Assembly (NCBI GenBank): GCA_965215195.1
Contig: CBDCDC010000002.1
Coordinates: forward strand, 4,224,001 to 4,288,000
Direction of reading: 5' to 3'
DNA: 64,000 nt
Source of the DNA: Candidatus Latescibacterota bacterium
GTDB taxonomy: Bacteria > Latescibacterota > UBA2968 > UBA8231
Below the pieces are notes generated by a model, which saw only the letters and a list, made by a program, of their open reading frames with translations, ran no database searches and had not been told where the DNA came from. Shown one piece after another: positions 24,059 through 33,126 of the stretch. How positions within the stretch are numbered: position 1 is the first letter of the stretch; each line of letters opens with the position of its first letter. The position numbers were made by a program, and so were the translations under genes.

Positions 24059-24159
24059 GAACGCTTCTAAGGCGGGAACCGCGATTTAGTGCTTGTCGTC
24101 TTTTTTGTGAACATTGAAAATTATCCGTACTTTCACACTCTTTTTCAGAGAGGAAATCC

Positions 24160-25548
24160 ATGAGAACGTTGCGCTTTTCCCTGCTCATTTTGAGCCTCGC
24201 CGTGGCTGGCAATGCCCAAGCCAGCGAGAACATGCAGCTCCTGCGCGAGATGAGCGATGGCTTCGCCGAACTCGCCGCGCAGGTCAAGCCCGGCGTCGTA
24301 AAAATCACTACAGAGGGCACCGAGGAGGGCCGCGTATTTGACCTTCCGTGGAGAAGGCCCTTCCGCGTCCCGGACCAGCCGCGCCAAGGCCAAGGCTCGG
24401 GCGTGATCGCTGAATTTGACGGCTATCAGTACATCATCACCAACAACCACGTGATTCGCCACGCCGACGACATTCGCGTAGAAGTGACGGATTCGCGTTT
24501 CTTCGAAGCCGAGGTGGTCGGCCGCGATTCGTTGAGCGATGTCGCCGTGCTGAAAATTGACGCCGAAGATCTACCCACCTTGCCATTGGGCGACTCAAAC
24601 CAGTTACGCGAGGGCGAGTGGGTGATGGCCATAGGCAATCCCTTGGGCTTTGCCCACTCGGTGACGATGGGCACGGTCAGTGCGCTGGGGCGGGATCGTT
24701 TCGGCCCCCGAGAGTACGGCTCTTTCATCCAGACCGACGCGGCCCTCAATAAGGGCAATAGCGGCGGTGCCCTAGTCAATTTGCGCGGGGAGCTCGTGGG
24801 CATCAACACCGCCATCACCAGCAACGATGGCGGCAATATAGGCATTGGTTTTGCCATTCCGATCAATTTGGTCCAGCACGTGACCGAGCAACTTATTGAG
24901 CACGGCGAGGTGCGGCGCGGCCTACTCGGCGTGCGTATCAGCGACTTGGAGCCGCTGTTGGCCGAAGCCATGGGGCTGGACAACACCCACGGCGTGTTGA
25001 TCAATAGCGTCAGCCCCGGGCGAGCGGCCGATAAGGCCGGCGTCAAAAGGGACGACATCGTGCTGGAGGTTGATGGCCAGTCCGTGCGTAACGCGGTTGA
25101 GCTGAAGAGTCGGATCGGGCGCACGGCCCCCGGCGTGGAGGTTGAGTTGCTGGTGTTGCGCGATGGCAAGAGGAAGCGCATCGAGGTTGAGCTGGAGGCC
25201 CTGACCGAGGAGGTCCTTGCTGCCACAGCCGGTGCCCGCGATTCCAAGGAGGCTCGGGGGCCGTTGGGAATCAGGGTGGAGGACCTAAAGGAGGAATGGG
25301 CGGAAAGCTTGGGGTACGAAGACGAATCTGGGGTGGTGATCGTGCGGGTGGCCAGAGGCAGTGAGGCGGCGAAGCGGGGTTTGCGCCGAGGGATGCTCAT
25401 TCAGGAAATCAACGGCGAACAGGTGGAAACCGTGGAAGATTACGAGGATGTGTTAGAAGAAATTGAGCCTGGGAGCGCGTTTATGATGCGGGTGCTGGGA
25501 GAGCGAGGGACGCCGCGGCTGGTAGGGATGCGGATGCCCGTAAATTGA
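24160..25548 (+). CDS. HtrA/DegQ (Do family) periplasmic serine protease with two PDZ domains
   Basis: Signal peptide, 'GSGVI', 'TNNHVI', 'DVAVLKI', 'QTDAALNKGNSGGALVN'. Confidence 0.95.
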   Translation: MRTLRFSLLILSLAVAGNAQASENMQLLREMSDGFAELAAQVKPGVVKITTEGTEEGRVFDLPWRRPFRVPDQPRQGQGSGVIAEFDGYQYIITNNHVIRHADDIRVEVTDSRFFEAEVVGRDSLSDVAVLKIDAEDLPTLPLGDSNQLREGEWVMAIGNPLGFAHSVTMGTVSALGRDRFGPREYGSFIQTDAALNKGNSGGALVNLRGELVGINTAITSNDGGNIGIGFAIPINLVQHVTEQLIEHGEVRRGLLGVRISDLEPLLAEAMGLDNTHGVLINSVSPGRAADKAGVKRDDIVLEVDGQSVRNAVELKSRIGRTAPGVEVELLVLRDGKRKRIEVELEALTEEVLAATAGARDSKEARGPLGIRVEDLKEEWAESLGYEDESGVVIVRVARGSEAAKRGLRRGMLIQEINGEQVETVEDYEDVLEEIEPGSAFMMRVLGERGTPRLVGMRMPVN

Positions 25549-27653
25549 GTATGCGCTCGCAAGCTATATGGCACCCGGCCGCGCTGGCCGTGTACATCCG
25601 CCTCGAATTCCACCTGACCGGCGCAGCAGCCAAAGGGCTGCTGCGCTGTGCTGCGAGTGGGCCATACGAGGTGTACTTGAACGGCGAGCGAGTGGGTAGG
25701 GGATTGGGGCCAGCGGTGGCCGAGGTTGCGGTATGGGAGCAATTCGCGTTGGACGCCGCCCTGCGGGAGGGCGAAAATGTGCTGTTGGTTTTTGCCATAG
25801 GCTGCGGCACAGCAGATTGGTTCCGCGCCGAGGGAAAAATCGAGCGCAGCGATGGGGCCGAGCAGGTGCTGTACAGCGGCGCACCTTGGCAGGTGCAGCC
25901 GGCCGATGCTTGGCAGGGCGCGGCTGGCTATGCAGCCGTGTTGGCACCGGCTGAGTGGGCCGAAGGGCGGTTTGCGGGATGGCGGGAAGCGGCCGTGGTG
26001 GCTGGGGCCGAGCCGAGGGCTTGGTCGCCGTTGCCGGCAGTGGAAAGCATGGTGTGGGCGCGGGAGGTGGTGGCTTTTGGCGAGGTAGCTAGCGAGGGTG
26101 CGCTCGAATGGGTTGCCCACCCCGAGCCCATGCAGACCGCCAAATGCGTGCGGCGGGAAGCGTGCCTGACAGCCGGTAAGACCCACTCCTTGGTACAGAC
26201 AGCAGACGCAGCTCGGGCCGCGTACCTAGTTTTGGACTTCGGGCGGTTGCTGTGCGGATTCCCCCATCTGCGGCTGCGGGGCCGGGCCGGTGCGGTAATT
26301 GACCTAGGTTTTGCGCGAGCGGCCGGCGCGGTGGAATCGCGCTTGCGCTACGTGTGCCGCGACGGGTTGCAGGAGTGGACAGCTCCGCAGTTGGCGATGT
26401 GCCGCTACCTAGCGGTGCGGATCGGATCGTGTCCAGAGGCCGTGGAAATAGACAGTGTCTCGTTGGTGGAGCGGCGCGTGGTCGTTGCGGCGCACGGGCG
26501 CTTTACAACCGTGGGCGAAGGCTGGGAGCGGTTGTGGCGGACCGGAGCGCAAACCTTAGCCGCTAGCCGCCAAGAGGGGTACGTTCTCGGCGAGGAACGG
26601 CTCAGCTGGGACCAGCTCTACGTTTGGGCCATGAACGATTTGTACGCGACTGGCTGCGTGGATACGGCGTGCGCCGTGCTGGCCGGCAGCGAGGCACCGC
26701 TGGGCCGAGTACAGGCCTGTTTCCACGCGCTGTTCGTCGAGCTGGTACAGCGCCACGACGGCACCCGATTGACTACCGAGCGGCTAGCGAACCTAGTGAA
26801 CAGCTTGCAAACAGCCGAGGATGAGGCCGCGCCGGCGACCGCTGCTGTCGCCCTGCGAGCCGGAGCGTGGCAAGCGGTCGCGGCCTTGTGCCGGAGTGCC
26901 GGCGATCGCCAGCAAGCCGCCCAATGCGAGCGCGCCTATCACCGAGCGCGCAAGGGATTGCAAGCTGCGTGGAGCGAAGAGCAAGGGCTTTTTGCCGATG
27001 CCGCCGGGTCCGCTGATGGCAGCCGCTGGGCGAATGCCTTAGTGCTCTACTTTGCTTTGGCTAACCCGAGGCAGCAGGTGCGGGTCGCGCAGCACCTAGC
27101 CAGCAGCTTGGCGTCAGAAGGCGATTTGTGGCAGGCGTTTTTCGTGGCCGGGGCCCTGTGGCGGGCGGGTGCCGCTGCGGCGGCCTTGGCGTACGTCCAG
27201 AGAAAATGGGGCCGCTTGCTGGTGCGCCCGGGCCGGACGTGGGGCGAGAAGGCCGGATCGTTGGCCGCGCAACCCGGGCCGGAGAGCTTGCTGGCGGCGC
27301 ACGTGCTCGGGGTTGTGCCCAAGGCCGAGGGGATCTTGGAGATTCGGCCGCAGTTGTCCGGGCTCGAACGCGCCGAGGGCGTCGTGCCCACGCCACACGG
27401 CCAGGTCGAGATCGCTTGGGGGGCCTATGGCGGCGGCTTTTCCGCGCGCCTTTCCGTGCCGCACGACGGCGAAACGCACCTGTCCGTCCCCCGCCGCGAC
27501 AAGCGCTTCCCCCAAATTGAGATCAACGGCGAGACCGTGTGGCGCAACGAGAAGGCCCACCCCAATTTCCACGTGCAGGAGCTGATCAGCCAAGAGGAGC
27601 GGGTGGTGATGGTGTTGCGGCGGGCCGGGCAGTACGAGATTTTGGTGGAGTAG
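25545..27653 (+). CDS. GH78 alpha-L-rhamnosidase-like protein (divergent)
   Basis: 'YEVYLNGERVG', 'LVLDFGR', C-terminal 'IRPQLSGLERAEGVVPTPHGQVEIAW' typical of GH78 architecture. Confidence 0.65.
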   Translation: MSMRSQAIWHPAALAVYIRLEFHLTGAAAKGLLRCAASGPYEVYLNGERVGRGLGPAVAEVAVWEQFALDAALREGENVLLVFAIGCGTADWFRAEGKIERSDGAEQVLYSGAPWQVQPADAWQGAAGYAAVLAPAEWAEGRFAGWREAAVVAGAEPRAWSPLPAVESMVWAREVVAFGEVASEGALEWVAHPEPMQTAKCVRREACLTAGKTHSLVQTADAARAAYLVLDFGRLLCGFPHLRLRGRAGAVIDLGFARAAGAVESRLRYVCRDGLQEWTAPQLAMCRYLAVRIGSCPEAVEIDSVSLVERRVVVAAHGRFTTVGEGWERLWRTGAQTLAASRQEGYVLGEERLSWDQLYVWAMNDLYATGCVDTACAVLAGSEAPLGRVQACFHALFVELVQRHDGTRLTTERLANLVNSLQTAEDEAAPATAAVALRAGAWQAVAALCRSAGDRQQAAQCERAYHRARKGLQAAWSEEQGLFADAAGSADGSRWANALVLYFALANPRQQVRVAQHLASSLASEGDLWQAFFVAGALWRAGAAAAALAYVQRKWGRLLVRPGRTWGEKAGSLAAQPGPESLLAAHVLGVVPKAEGILEIRPQLSGLERAEGVVPTPHGQVEIAWGAYGGGFSARLSVPHDGETHLSVPRRDKRFPQIEINGETVWRNEKAHPNFHVQELISQEERVVMVLRRAGQYEILVE

Positions 27654-27660
27654 CGGCGAC

Positions 27661-28311
27661 ATGACCACAGCACCTCTCTACCACGTCTTATACAAGTCGC
27701 CCGACGCGCCCCCCGAAGGTGCGCCGCTGCTCCTGCTTTTGCACGGCTATGGTGCCAATGAAGAAGACCTGCTGGGCTTGGTGCCGCACTTGGATGCGCG
27801 GCTCCTTTGCGCGAGTGCCCGCGCACCCTACGCGCTCGATTTCGGCGGCTTTGCATGGTTTAATATCGAGATAGGTTCGGAGGGGGTGCGCTTTGATTTT
27901 GCCGAGGCCGAAGAACCGCTAGTGCAGGTCTTAGCCTTAGTAGAAGCGCTGCGGCGAACGCATCGGCCAGCTCGCATCTTCATCGCGGGGTTCAGCCAAG
28001 GGGCGAGCATGGCACTGGCGGCCGCGCTAAAGCGGCCTCGGGACTTCGCCGGGGTCATTGCATTGAGCGGGTTGTGCTGTCCAGAGATGTTGCCGCAGGA
28101 TGTGGCGTCGGTGCGGGGCCTGAAGGTTTTTATGTCGCACGGGCGGTTTGATCCGGTCATCCCCATTGCCCAAGCCCGCGCTTCTAGAGACTTGCTCGCT
28201 CCCCTCGGCCTGGACCTGCTGGACAAAGAATACGACATGCCCCACGCGATTGCCCAGCCGTGCTTAGAGGACTTAGCCTCTTGGCTGCGGGCGCGGCTGG
28301 ACACCCCTTAG
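27661..28311 (+). CDS. Phospholipase/carboxylesterase (alpha/beta hydrolase)
   Basis: 'LLHGYG', 'GFSQGA' nucleophile, 'HG.FDPVIP', 'MPH.I'. Confidence 0.92.
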   Translation: MTTAPLYHVLYKSPDAPPEGAPLLLLLHGYGANEEDLLGLVPHLDARLLCASARAPYALDFGGFAWFNIEIGSEGVRFDFAEAEEPLVQVLALVEALRRTHRPARIFIAGFSQGASMALAAALKRPRDFAGVIALSGLCCPEMLPQDVASVRGLKVFMSHGRFDPVIPIAQARASRDLLAPLGLDLLDKEYDMPHAIAQPCLEDLASWLRARLDTP

Positions 28312-28316
28312 AAAAT

Positions 28317-29426
28317 TCAGGAAAGCAGAGAGTTGACCCGCGCTGGCGTGAGCCGGTGGCCGAAAAGCGGCTGCGAGCGGGTGTGGGTTGAGCACTGCCA
28401 AGTGGCGAAAAGCCCGCCGTCTGCTTCTGTCAGCACGGATGCGTAGCGCGAGCAGCCCGTGCCTTCTGGCGAGACGAAGAGCGGCTGGAGGCGGCTGAGG
28501 CGGTGGAGGCGCGGAAACTGGCGATCGAAGCCATAGGCCAAGCCGCCCAATTCCTCGCAGGAATAACCGCGCGGCCGGGCGACCCCCTTTGCATGCGCTT
28601 TGAGCGGGTGCATGGACTCGGCCCCGTCGTAGAAATAGAGCGAGAGCGAGGGCAAACAAGCAAACGCGCCCACTTTGGGCACAGGCAGGCGGCAGGTGAC
28701 GCGCAAGGCCGCCACATCCCAGGTCGGGCCGCGGGGAAAGAAGTCGTGGCCGTGGCTCTCGCACGAATCAGCCGCGAGCACGGCGCGGCCCGAAGTGCTG
28801 GCAGACCAAGTGTACGGATGGGCGCAGTAAAGCAGCAGGGGCTGCCGGCCCATTCCGGCCGAGAGGTTGGGGTCTTTGAGGTGCAGATAGGCTGGATCAT
28901 CGCTCGTCAGCAGGGGGGCAATTGACTCCTGCGGGTCGAGCCGGTCGATGCGGGTGGCGGCAAAGGCGTCGATGCTCCAGACGCCGGTGCCCGGCTTCTG
29001 AAAAGCGGCGACGGGCCGTGGGTAAAGGCGCACTTTTTCGGTGGAGACTAGCACTTGAACGCGGCGCTTGTTGAGGCGCAGAGCGCTGCCCTCAATGCTG
29101 AGCACGGCCGAGCCGCAGTAGAGGTCGGATTTGTCCCAAGTGCGCACCTCGGCAAAGCTCCGTCCATGGTCGGTTGAGCGAAAGATGGCTAGGGCGCGGC
29201 CTCGGGAGCCGGCCGTCAGCCCGCTGCGGCTGTCGCCAGCGTCGCGGTAGCGCCCAATGAGCAAGAGGCTGCCGTCGCGGGGGTCGCGGACCGAGTTGCC
29301 GCCGCCGAACCAGAAGCCATCGCGGTCCTCGGTCGGCTCGACGAGGCGGCGGCCGCGCTTTGGGTCGATGAGACGAGTGCCGAGGCGGATGAGTTTGCGT
29401 TCCAGCGCGAGGGGTAGCTTGTCCAT
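28317..29426 (-). CDS. Hypothetical beta-propeller glycoside hydrolase/sialidase-like protein
   Basis: Start MDKLP at 29426 preceded by promoter; Asp-box 'RSTDHGRSF', 'HLKDP', 'YFYDGAE'. Confidence 0.6.
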   Translation of the reverse strand: MDKLPLALERKLIRLGTRLIDPKRGRRLVEPTEDRDGFWFGGGNSVRDPRDGSLLLIGRYRDAGDSRSGLTAGSRGRALAIFRSTDHGRSFAEVRTWDKSDLYCGSAVLSIEGSALRLNKRRVQVLVSTEKVRLYPRPVAAFQKPGTGVWSIDAFAATRIDRLDPQESIAPLLTSDDPAYLHLKDPNLSAGMGRQPLLLYCAHPYTWSASTSGRAVLAADSCESHGHDFFPRGPTWDVAALRVTCRLPVPKVGAFACLPSLSLYFYDGAESMHPLKAHAKGVARPRGYSCEELGGLAYGFDRQFPRLHRLSRLQPLFVSPEGTGCSRYASVLTEADGGLFATWQCSTHTRSQPLFGHRLTPARVNSLLS

Positions 29427-29440
29427 AAGCAGTCGCGCTA

Positions 29441-29481
29441 AGTATGACAAAAAAGACACAAAAGTGTCAAGCAAATGACAC
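29441..29481 (-). promoter_or_regulatory. sigma70 promoter with overlapping palindromic operator(s)
   Basis: Minus strand TTGACA-N18-CATACT; palindromes GACAC-AAAA-GTGTC (29455-29468) and GTGTCA-N6-TGACAC (29464-29481). Confidence 0.55.
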
Positions 29482-29488
29482 ATGGCCG

Positions 29489-30505
29489 TCAGGCATCCCA
29501 GCCGGCCAGTTCTTGGCGGGCGATGGCTGCCATGGCGTCGAGCCAAGCCGGGTGGTCGTTGAGGCAGGGCACTAGGTGGAATTGGTGGCCGCCCCCGCGG
29601 GCAAACTGCTCGGCCCCTTCGCGGCCAATCTCGTCGAGCGTCTCGAGGCAGTCGGCCGTGAAGCCGGGGCAGATGGCAACTAAGCGCCGCACGCCCTGCC
29701 CCCCAAGACGCGCCAGCACGTCCTCGGTATAAGGCTCTAGCCAAGGCTCTTTGCCGAAGCGCGACTGAAAGCCGCTGACCCACTCGTCGTCTGCAAGGCC
29801 AAGGGCTGTGGCTAATCGGCGTGCGGTTTCCTCGCAGTGGCGGCGGTAAGGGTCGCCTTCATGGACGTAGCGCTGGGGAATGCCGTGGAAGGTGATTAGG
29901 TAGCGGTCGGGCGTCCAACTGAGGCGGGCGACCGCTGTGGCGACCGACTGTTTGAGCGCATTGATGTACGCGGGGTGGTCTGGGTAGGGCGGGACGAAGC
30001 GCAGGGCCGGCATCTGGCGTTTGCGGTCGAAAAACCAAGGGCAGCGCCGGCCCAAGGCCGCGCGATTGACCGCGTCGTAGATCGAGCCGGTGGTGGCGCA
30101 GGAAAACTGCGGGTACATGGGAAAGACGAGGATGCGCTCAACGCCTTTTCGCTCTAGGGACTGGACGGCGCGGGCGATGCTCGGCTCGCCGTAGCGCATG
30201 CCGAGCACAACCCTATACGCCGCGCCCAACCGCTCTTGCAAGCCGCGAGTCTGGGCTTGGGAATGGACCATGAGGGGCGAGCCTTCGTCGGTCCAGATAT
30301 TGGCGTACAGGGCGGCCGAGCGCGCGGGTCGGCGGGTGAGGACAAACAGATAGAGAATGGGATACCACCTGAGCGGGTGGAGGTCGATGACGCGCGGGTC
30401 GGAGAGAAATTGGCGCAGATAGGGCCGCAGGGCGCGGGCGGTGGGTGCTTGCGGCGTGCCGAGCTGGGCGACGAGGACGCCAATTTTGGCCGAGCTAGCG
30501 GGCAT
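29489..30505 (-). CDS. hemH: Ferrochelatase
   Basis: 'LGTP', 'FLSDPRV', 'GMRYGEPSI', 'PMYPQFS', 'FHGIP', 'FQSRFG.EPWLEPY', 'GFTADCLETLDEI'. Confidence 0.95.
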   Translation of the reverse strand: MPASSAKIGVLVAQLGTPQAPTARALRPYLRQFLSDPRVIDLHPLRWYPILYLFVLTRRPARSAALYANIWTDEGSPLMVHSQAQTRGLQERLGAAYRVVLGMRYGEPSIARAVQSLERKGVERILVFPMYPQFSCATTGSIYDAVNRAALGRRCPWFFDRKRQMPALRFVPPYPDHPAYINALKQSVATAVARLSWTPDRYLITFHGIPQRYVHEGDPYRRHCEETARRLATALGLADDEWVSGFQSRFGKEPWLEPYTEDVLARLGGQGVRRLVAICPGFTADCLETLDEIGREGAEQFARGGGHQFHLVPCLNDHPAWLDAMAAIARQELAGWDA

Positions 30506-30595
30506 GAGCGGGCGTTTGCTGGAGGGTGGGCGGCGACTTACTTTTGACAATATATCCGAGAACGCCGTCTTGAAAAGCCCGAAGGGAGACTAGGA

Positions 30596-31312
30596 ATGCG
30601 CAGTATTTTCGCAGGCATTGAATACGCGGGGAAAAGCACGCTGGCCACCATGCTCGGGGAGTACTATCGGCACCGCCGAGTCCCCATTCACGGCGACGAT
30701 CACTTCACCCTCCCCGACGCCTCGCTCAGCCCGGCGTCGCGCAAGATCTTGGTCGGCCTGCCCAACGACATGAAGGAGCGCGGGCAGCGGATGCAGATCC
30801 ACTACCACGTTGACATTATTAAAAAGTACGCCTGTCCCCTGATCGTCGGCTGGCACTTAGAGGAAGCCGTGTACACCCGCTTTTACGGCGACGACCCGGA
30901 CAGCTTTTACTACCCGAACTTTCACTACGGCTTCCAGCGGCTCTACGAATCGCTGGTGCTAGAGGCCCATCTGCCCGATGTGGTGCTATTCCACGTAACG
31001 GCCTCGGACGAAGAGATCGCTCAGCGGATGCAGGACCGCCCGCACGAATATCCGGTCGTGCGCCGAGAACATATTGCCGAGGTCAAAGCGCACTTTGAGG
31101 AAGAGATCGCCGCGTCTCTGTTTAGCCACCAGAACCGCACAATCGTCTTAGACACCACCGGCAAGACGCCCGAAGAGTCGTTCGACGAGCTGCTCTTGAA
31201 GTCTGAGCCGCTGGTGACGATGGGCGAATTGGCCGTGCGCGCCATGCAGGTGCCGGAGGGCGAGTACGAAGTGGTGTACGAGCGCGGTGTGCGGAAGATG
31301 GTGCGAGATTGA
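30596..31312 (+). CDS. Hypothetical P-loop protein (nucleoside monophosphate kinase-like)
   Basis: N-terminal 'GIEYAGKST' Walker A, lid-like 'QRM..R', 'LDTTGKTPEE'. Confidence 0.6.
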   Translation: MRSIFAGIEYAGKSTLATMLGEYYRHRRVPIHGDDHFTLPDASLSPASRKILVGLPNDMKERGQRMQIHYHVDIIKKYACPLIVGWHLEEAVYTRFYGDDPDSFYYPNFHYGFQRLYESLVLEAHLPDVVLFHVTASDEEIAQRMQDRPHEYPVVRREHIAEVKAHFEEEIAASLFSHQNRTIVLDTTGKTPEESFDELLLKSEPLVTMGELAVRAMQVPEGEYEVVYERGVRKMVRD

Positions 31313-31403
31313 CCCATGACCGAACAAGCCGAACTGGGGCAGGATATCACCGACATAAACCGCTGGCTAGCGCGGCAAGCCAGTTGAAGATATTGAGCTA
31401 ACT

Positions 31404-31778
31404 TTGCTCGTGCGCTGTGTTTGGTCAGTCGTCGATTTGCGCAAGCCCTCCGTAACCACGTCTCTATCCCTGCTGCTGGCCCTCGCCTGTAGCGGCTTGC
31501 AGGTTCTCTGTGCTCCGTGTGTCGCAGAGGCCGCCCCCATGCCCTGCCACGTCGCCAATGCCTGCGGCGGCGAGGGCCTGCAAGCGGGTTGTTGCTGTCT
31601 GCGCGCAGACCGCAAGTTCGTCCCCCCAGCCGAGCAGCCCTCCGTCTCAACGCCCTTGGTCGGAATGGTTGCGTCTGCCTCTGCGCCGCCTCGCTCGTCT
31701 GCGCTGCGGTCGCGTCCCAGCCGCGTCCCCCAGCCGCATCCCCCACTTTTCCAACTATACTGTTCCTTTCTGATCTAA
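31404..31778 (+). CDS. Cys-rich small exported/leader protein upstream of metal efflux operon
   Basis: Hydrophobic N-terminus, 'CAPC', 'MPCH', 'CCC', Pro-rich tail ending 'PPLFQLYCSFLI'; start uncertain. Confidence 0.6.
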   Translation: MLVRCVWSVVDLRKPSVTTSLSLLLALACSGLQVLCAPCVAEAAPMPCHVANACGGEGLQAGCCCLRADRKFVPPAEQPSVSTPLVGMVASASAPPRSSALRSRPSRVPQPHPPLFQLYCSFLI

Positions 31779-31872
31779 TCCTCGTTGCATTGCGGTGCCC
31801 AGTGCCCAGTCCCAACCCGTCCGTTGGGACTAACCACTAACCACTATTGCCGTCGCGGCGAGGAGTATTTGC

Positions 31873-33126
31873 ATGTACAAAAGTAGAACGGCCCTGCTGC
31901 TGGCCGGTCTGGTTGCAGGCCCGGTCTGGTCGCAGGAAGAAGTGCCCAGTACGCTCGCGGAGTATGCGCGCTACGCCGAACAGCACAACCCCAAGCTCAA
32001 GCAGGCTTTGGCGCGCTACAAGGCCGCCCTAGCAAAGGTGGCCCCGGAGCGCGCCTGGGCCGACCCCCGCTTGACCTACGGCTATTTCGCGCGCCCGGTG
32101 GAGACGCGCACTGGCCCACAAAAGATGCGCTTTAGCGCGGCGCAAACCTTCCCGTGGAAGGGCAAGTTGGCGCTCAAGGGGCGGATCGCCCAGCAAGAGG
32201 CCGCAGTCGAGGGCCAGCACTATGAGGCCGCCCGACGGTCGCTGATCTTCGCGGTCAAGGCCGCGTACTACGACTGCTACTTTTTGCAGCGAGCCATCGC
32301 CGTCACTGAAGGCAACGTGCGGCTGTTGGCCCACTTAGAAGAAGTAGGCCGCGCCCGCTATCGCGGCGGCACCGGGGAGCACGCGGCCGTTCTCAAAGCG
32401 CAGGTAGAATTGGGCCGCTTAGAGGACCAGGTGCGCAGCCTGCGCCAGCGGTGGCGGCCGGCCGCGGCCCGGTTAAATGCCGCGCTCGGCCGCCCGGCGA
32501 CCGCCCCGGTAGCTGTGCCCGATTCGCTGCCCATGGCCGCGTTGGACCTAGACGAGGAGGTGCTAAAGGTGCGCTTGCAGGCCGCGAATCCAATGCTGCA
32601 AATGCGGCAAGCGCAAGCGCGGGCGCAGTCCCTAGGCGTTGAGTTGGCCGGCAAGCAGTTTTACCCAGACCTGACCGTGAGCCTCGATTACATCCACATC
32701 GGGGACCGCGGCGAGAATCCGCTGATGGCCATGGCGACCATCAACCTGCCCTTGTGGCGCTCGTCGTACGAGGCCGGAAAACGCGCGGCCAAGCTGAGCT
32801 ATCAGGCCGCCTTGCAGGGAATTGCGGACGAGGAAAACAGGCTCGTTGCCGAGCTGGAGCTAGCTTTGTACAAACGGCGCGACGCCCAAAGCCGCAGCGC
32901 CCTCTACCGAGACAGCCTGCTGCCCAAGGCCGAACAGATGCTCAACGTGACCCAACGCGCCTTTGCGGCCGACCGCAGCGATTTTCTCGCGGTCATCGAC
33001 GCCCAACGCACCCTGCTGGAGTTCCAGCTAGCGTACGAACGCGCGCGTACCGACCAAGCCCTGCATGGGGCCGAGATTGAAAAGCTGATCGGCGAACCTT
33101 CAACCACAGGGGAAATCCAACCGTGA
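31873..33126 (+). CDS. TolC-family outer membrane efflux protein (CusC-like)
   Basis: Signal peptide, 'HNPKL', 'QTFPW.GKL', 'INLPLW', 'VIDAQRTLL'. Confidence 0.9.
   Translation: MYKSRTALLLAGLVAGPVWSQEEVPSTLAEYARYAEQHNPKLKQALARYKAALAKVAPERAWADPRLTYGYFARPVETRTGPQKMRFSAAQTFPWKGKLALKGRIAQQEAAVEGQHYEAARRSLIFAVKAAYYDCYFLQRAIAVTEGNVRLLAHLEEVGRARYRGGTGEHAAVLKAQVELGRLEDQVRSLRQRWRPAAARLNAALGRPATAPVAVPDSLPMAALDLDEEVLKVRLQAANPMLQMRQAQARAQSLGVELAGKQFYPDLTVSLDYIHIGDRGENPLMAMATINLPLWRSSYEAGKRAAKLSYQAALQGIADEENRLVAELELALYKRRDAQSRSALYRDSLLPKAEQMLNVTQRAFAADRSDFLAVIDAQRTLLEFQLAYERARTDQALHGAEIEKLIGEPSTTGEIQP

Noticed and set aside
29427-29783. N-terminal extension of the 488-aa ORF
   Set aside because: It overlaps hemH in another frame and spans a promoter; the true start is likely 29426.
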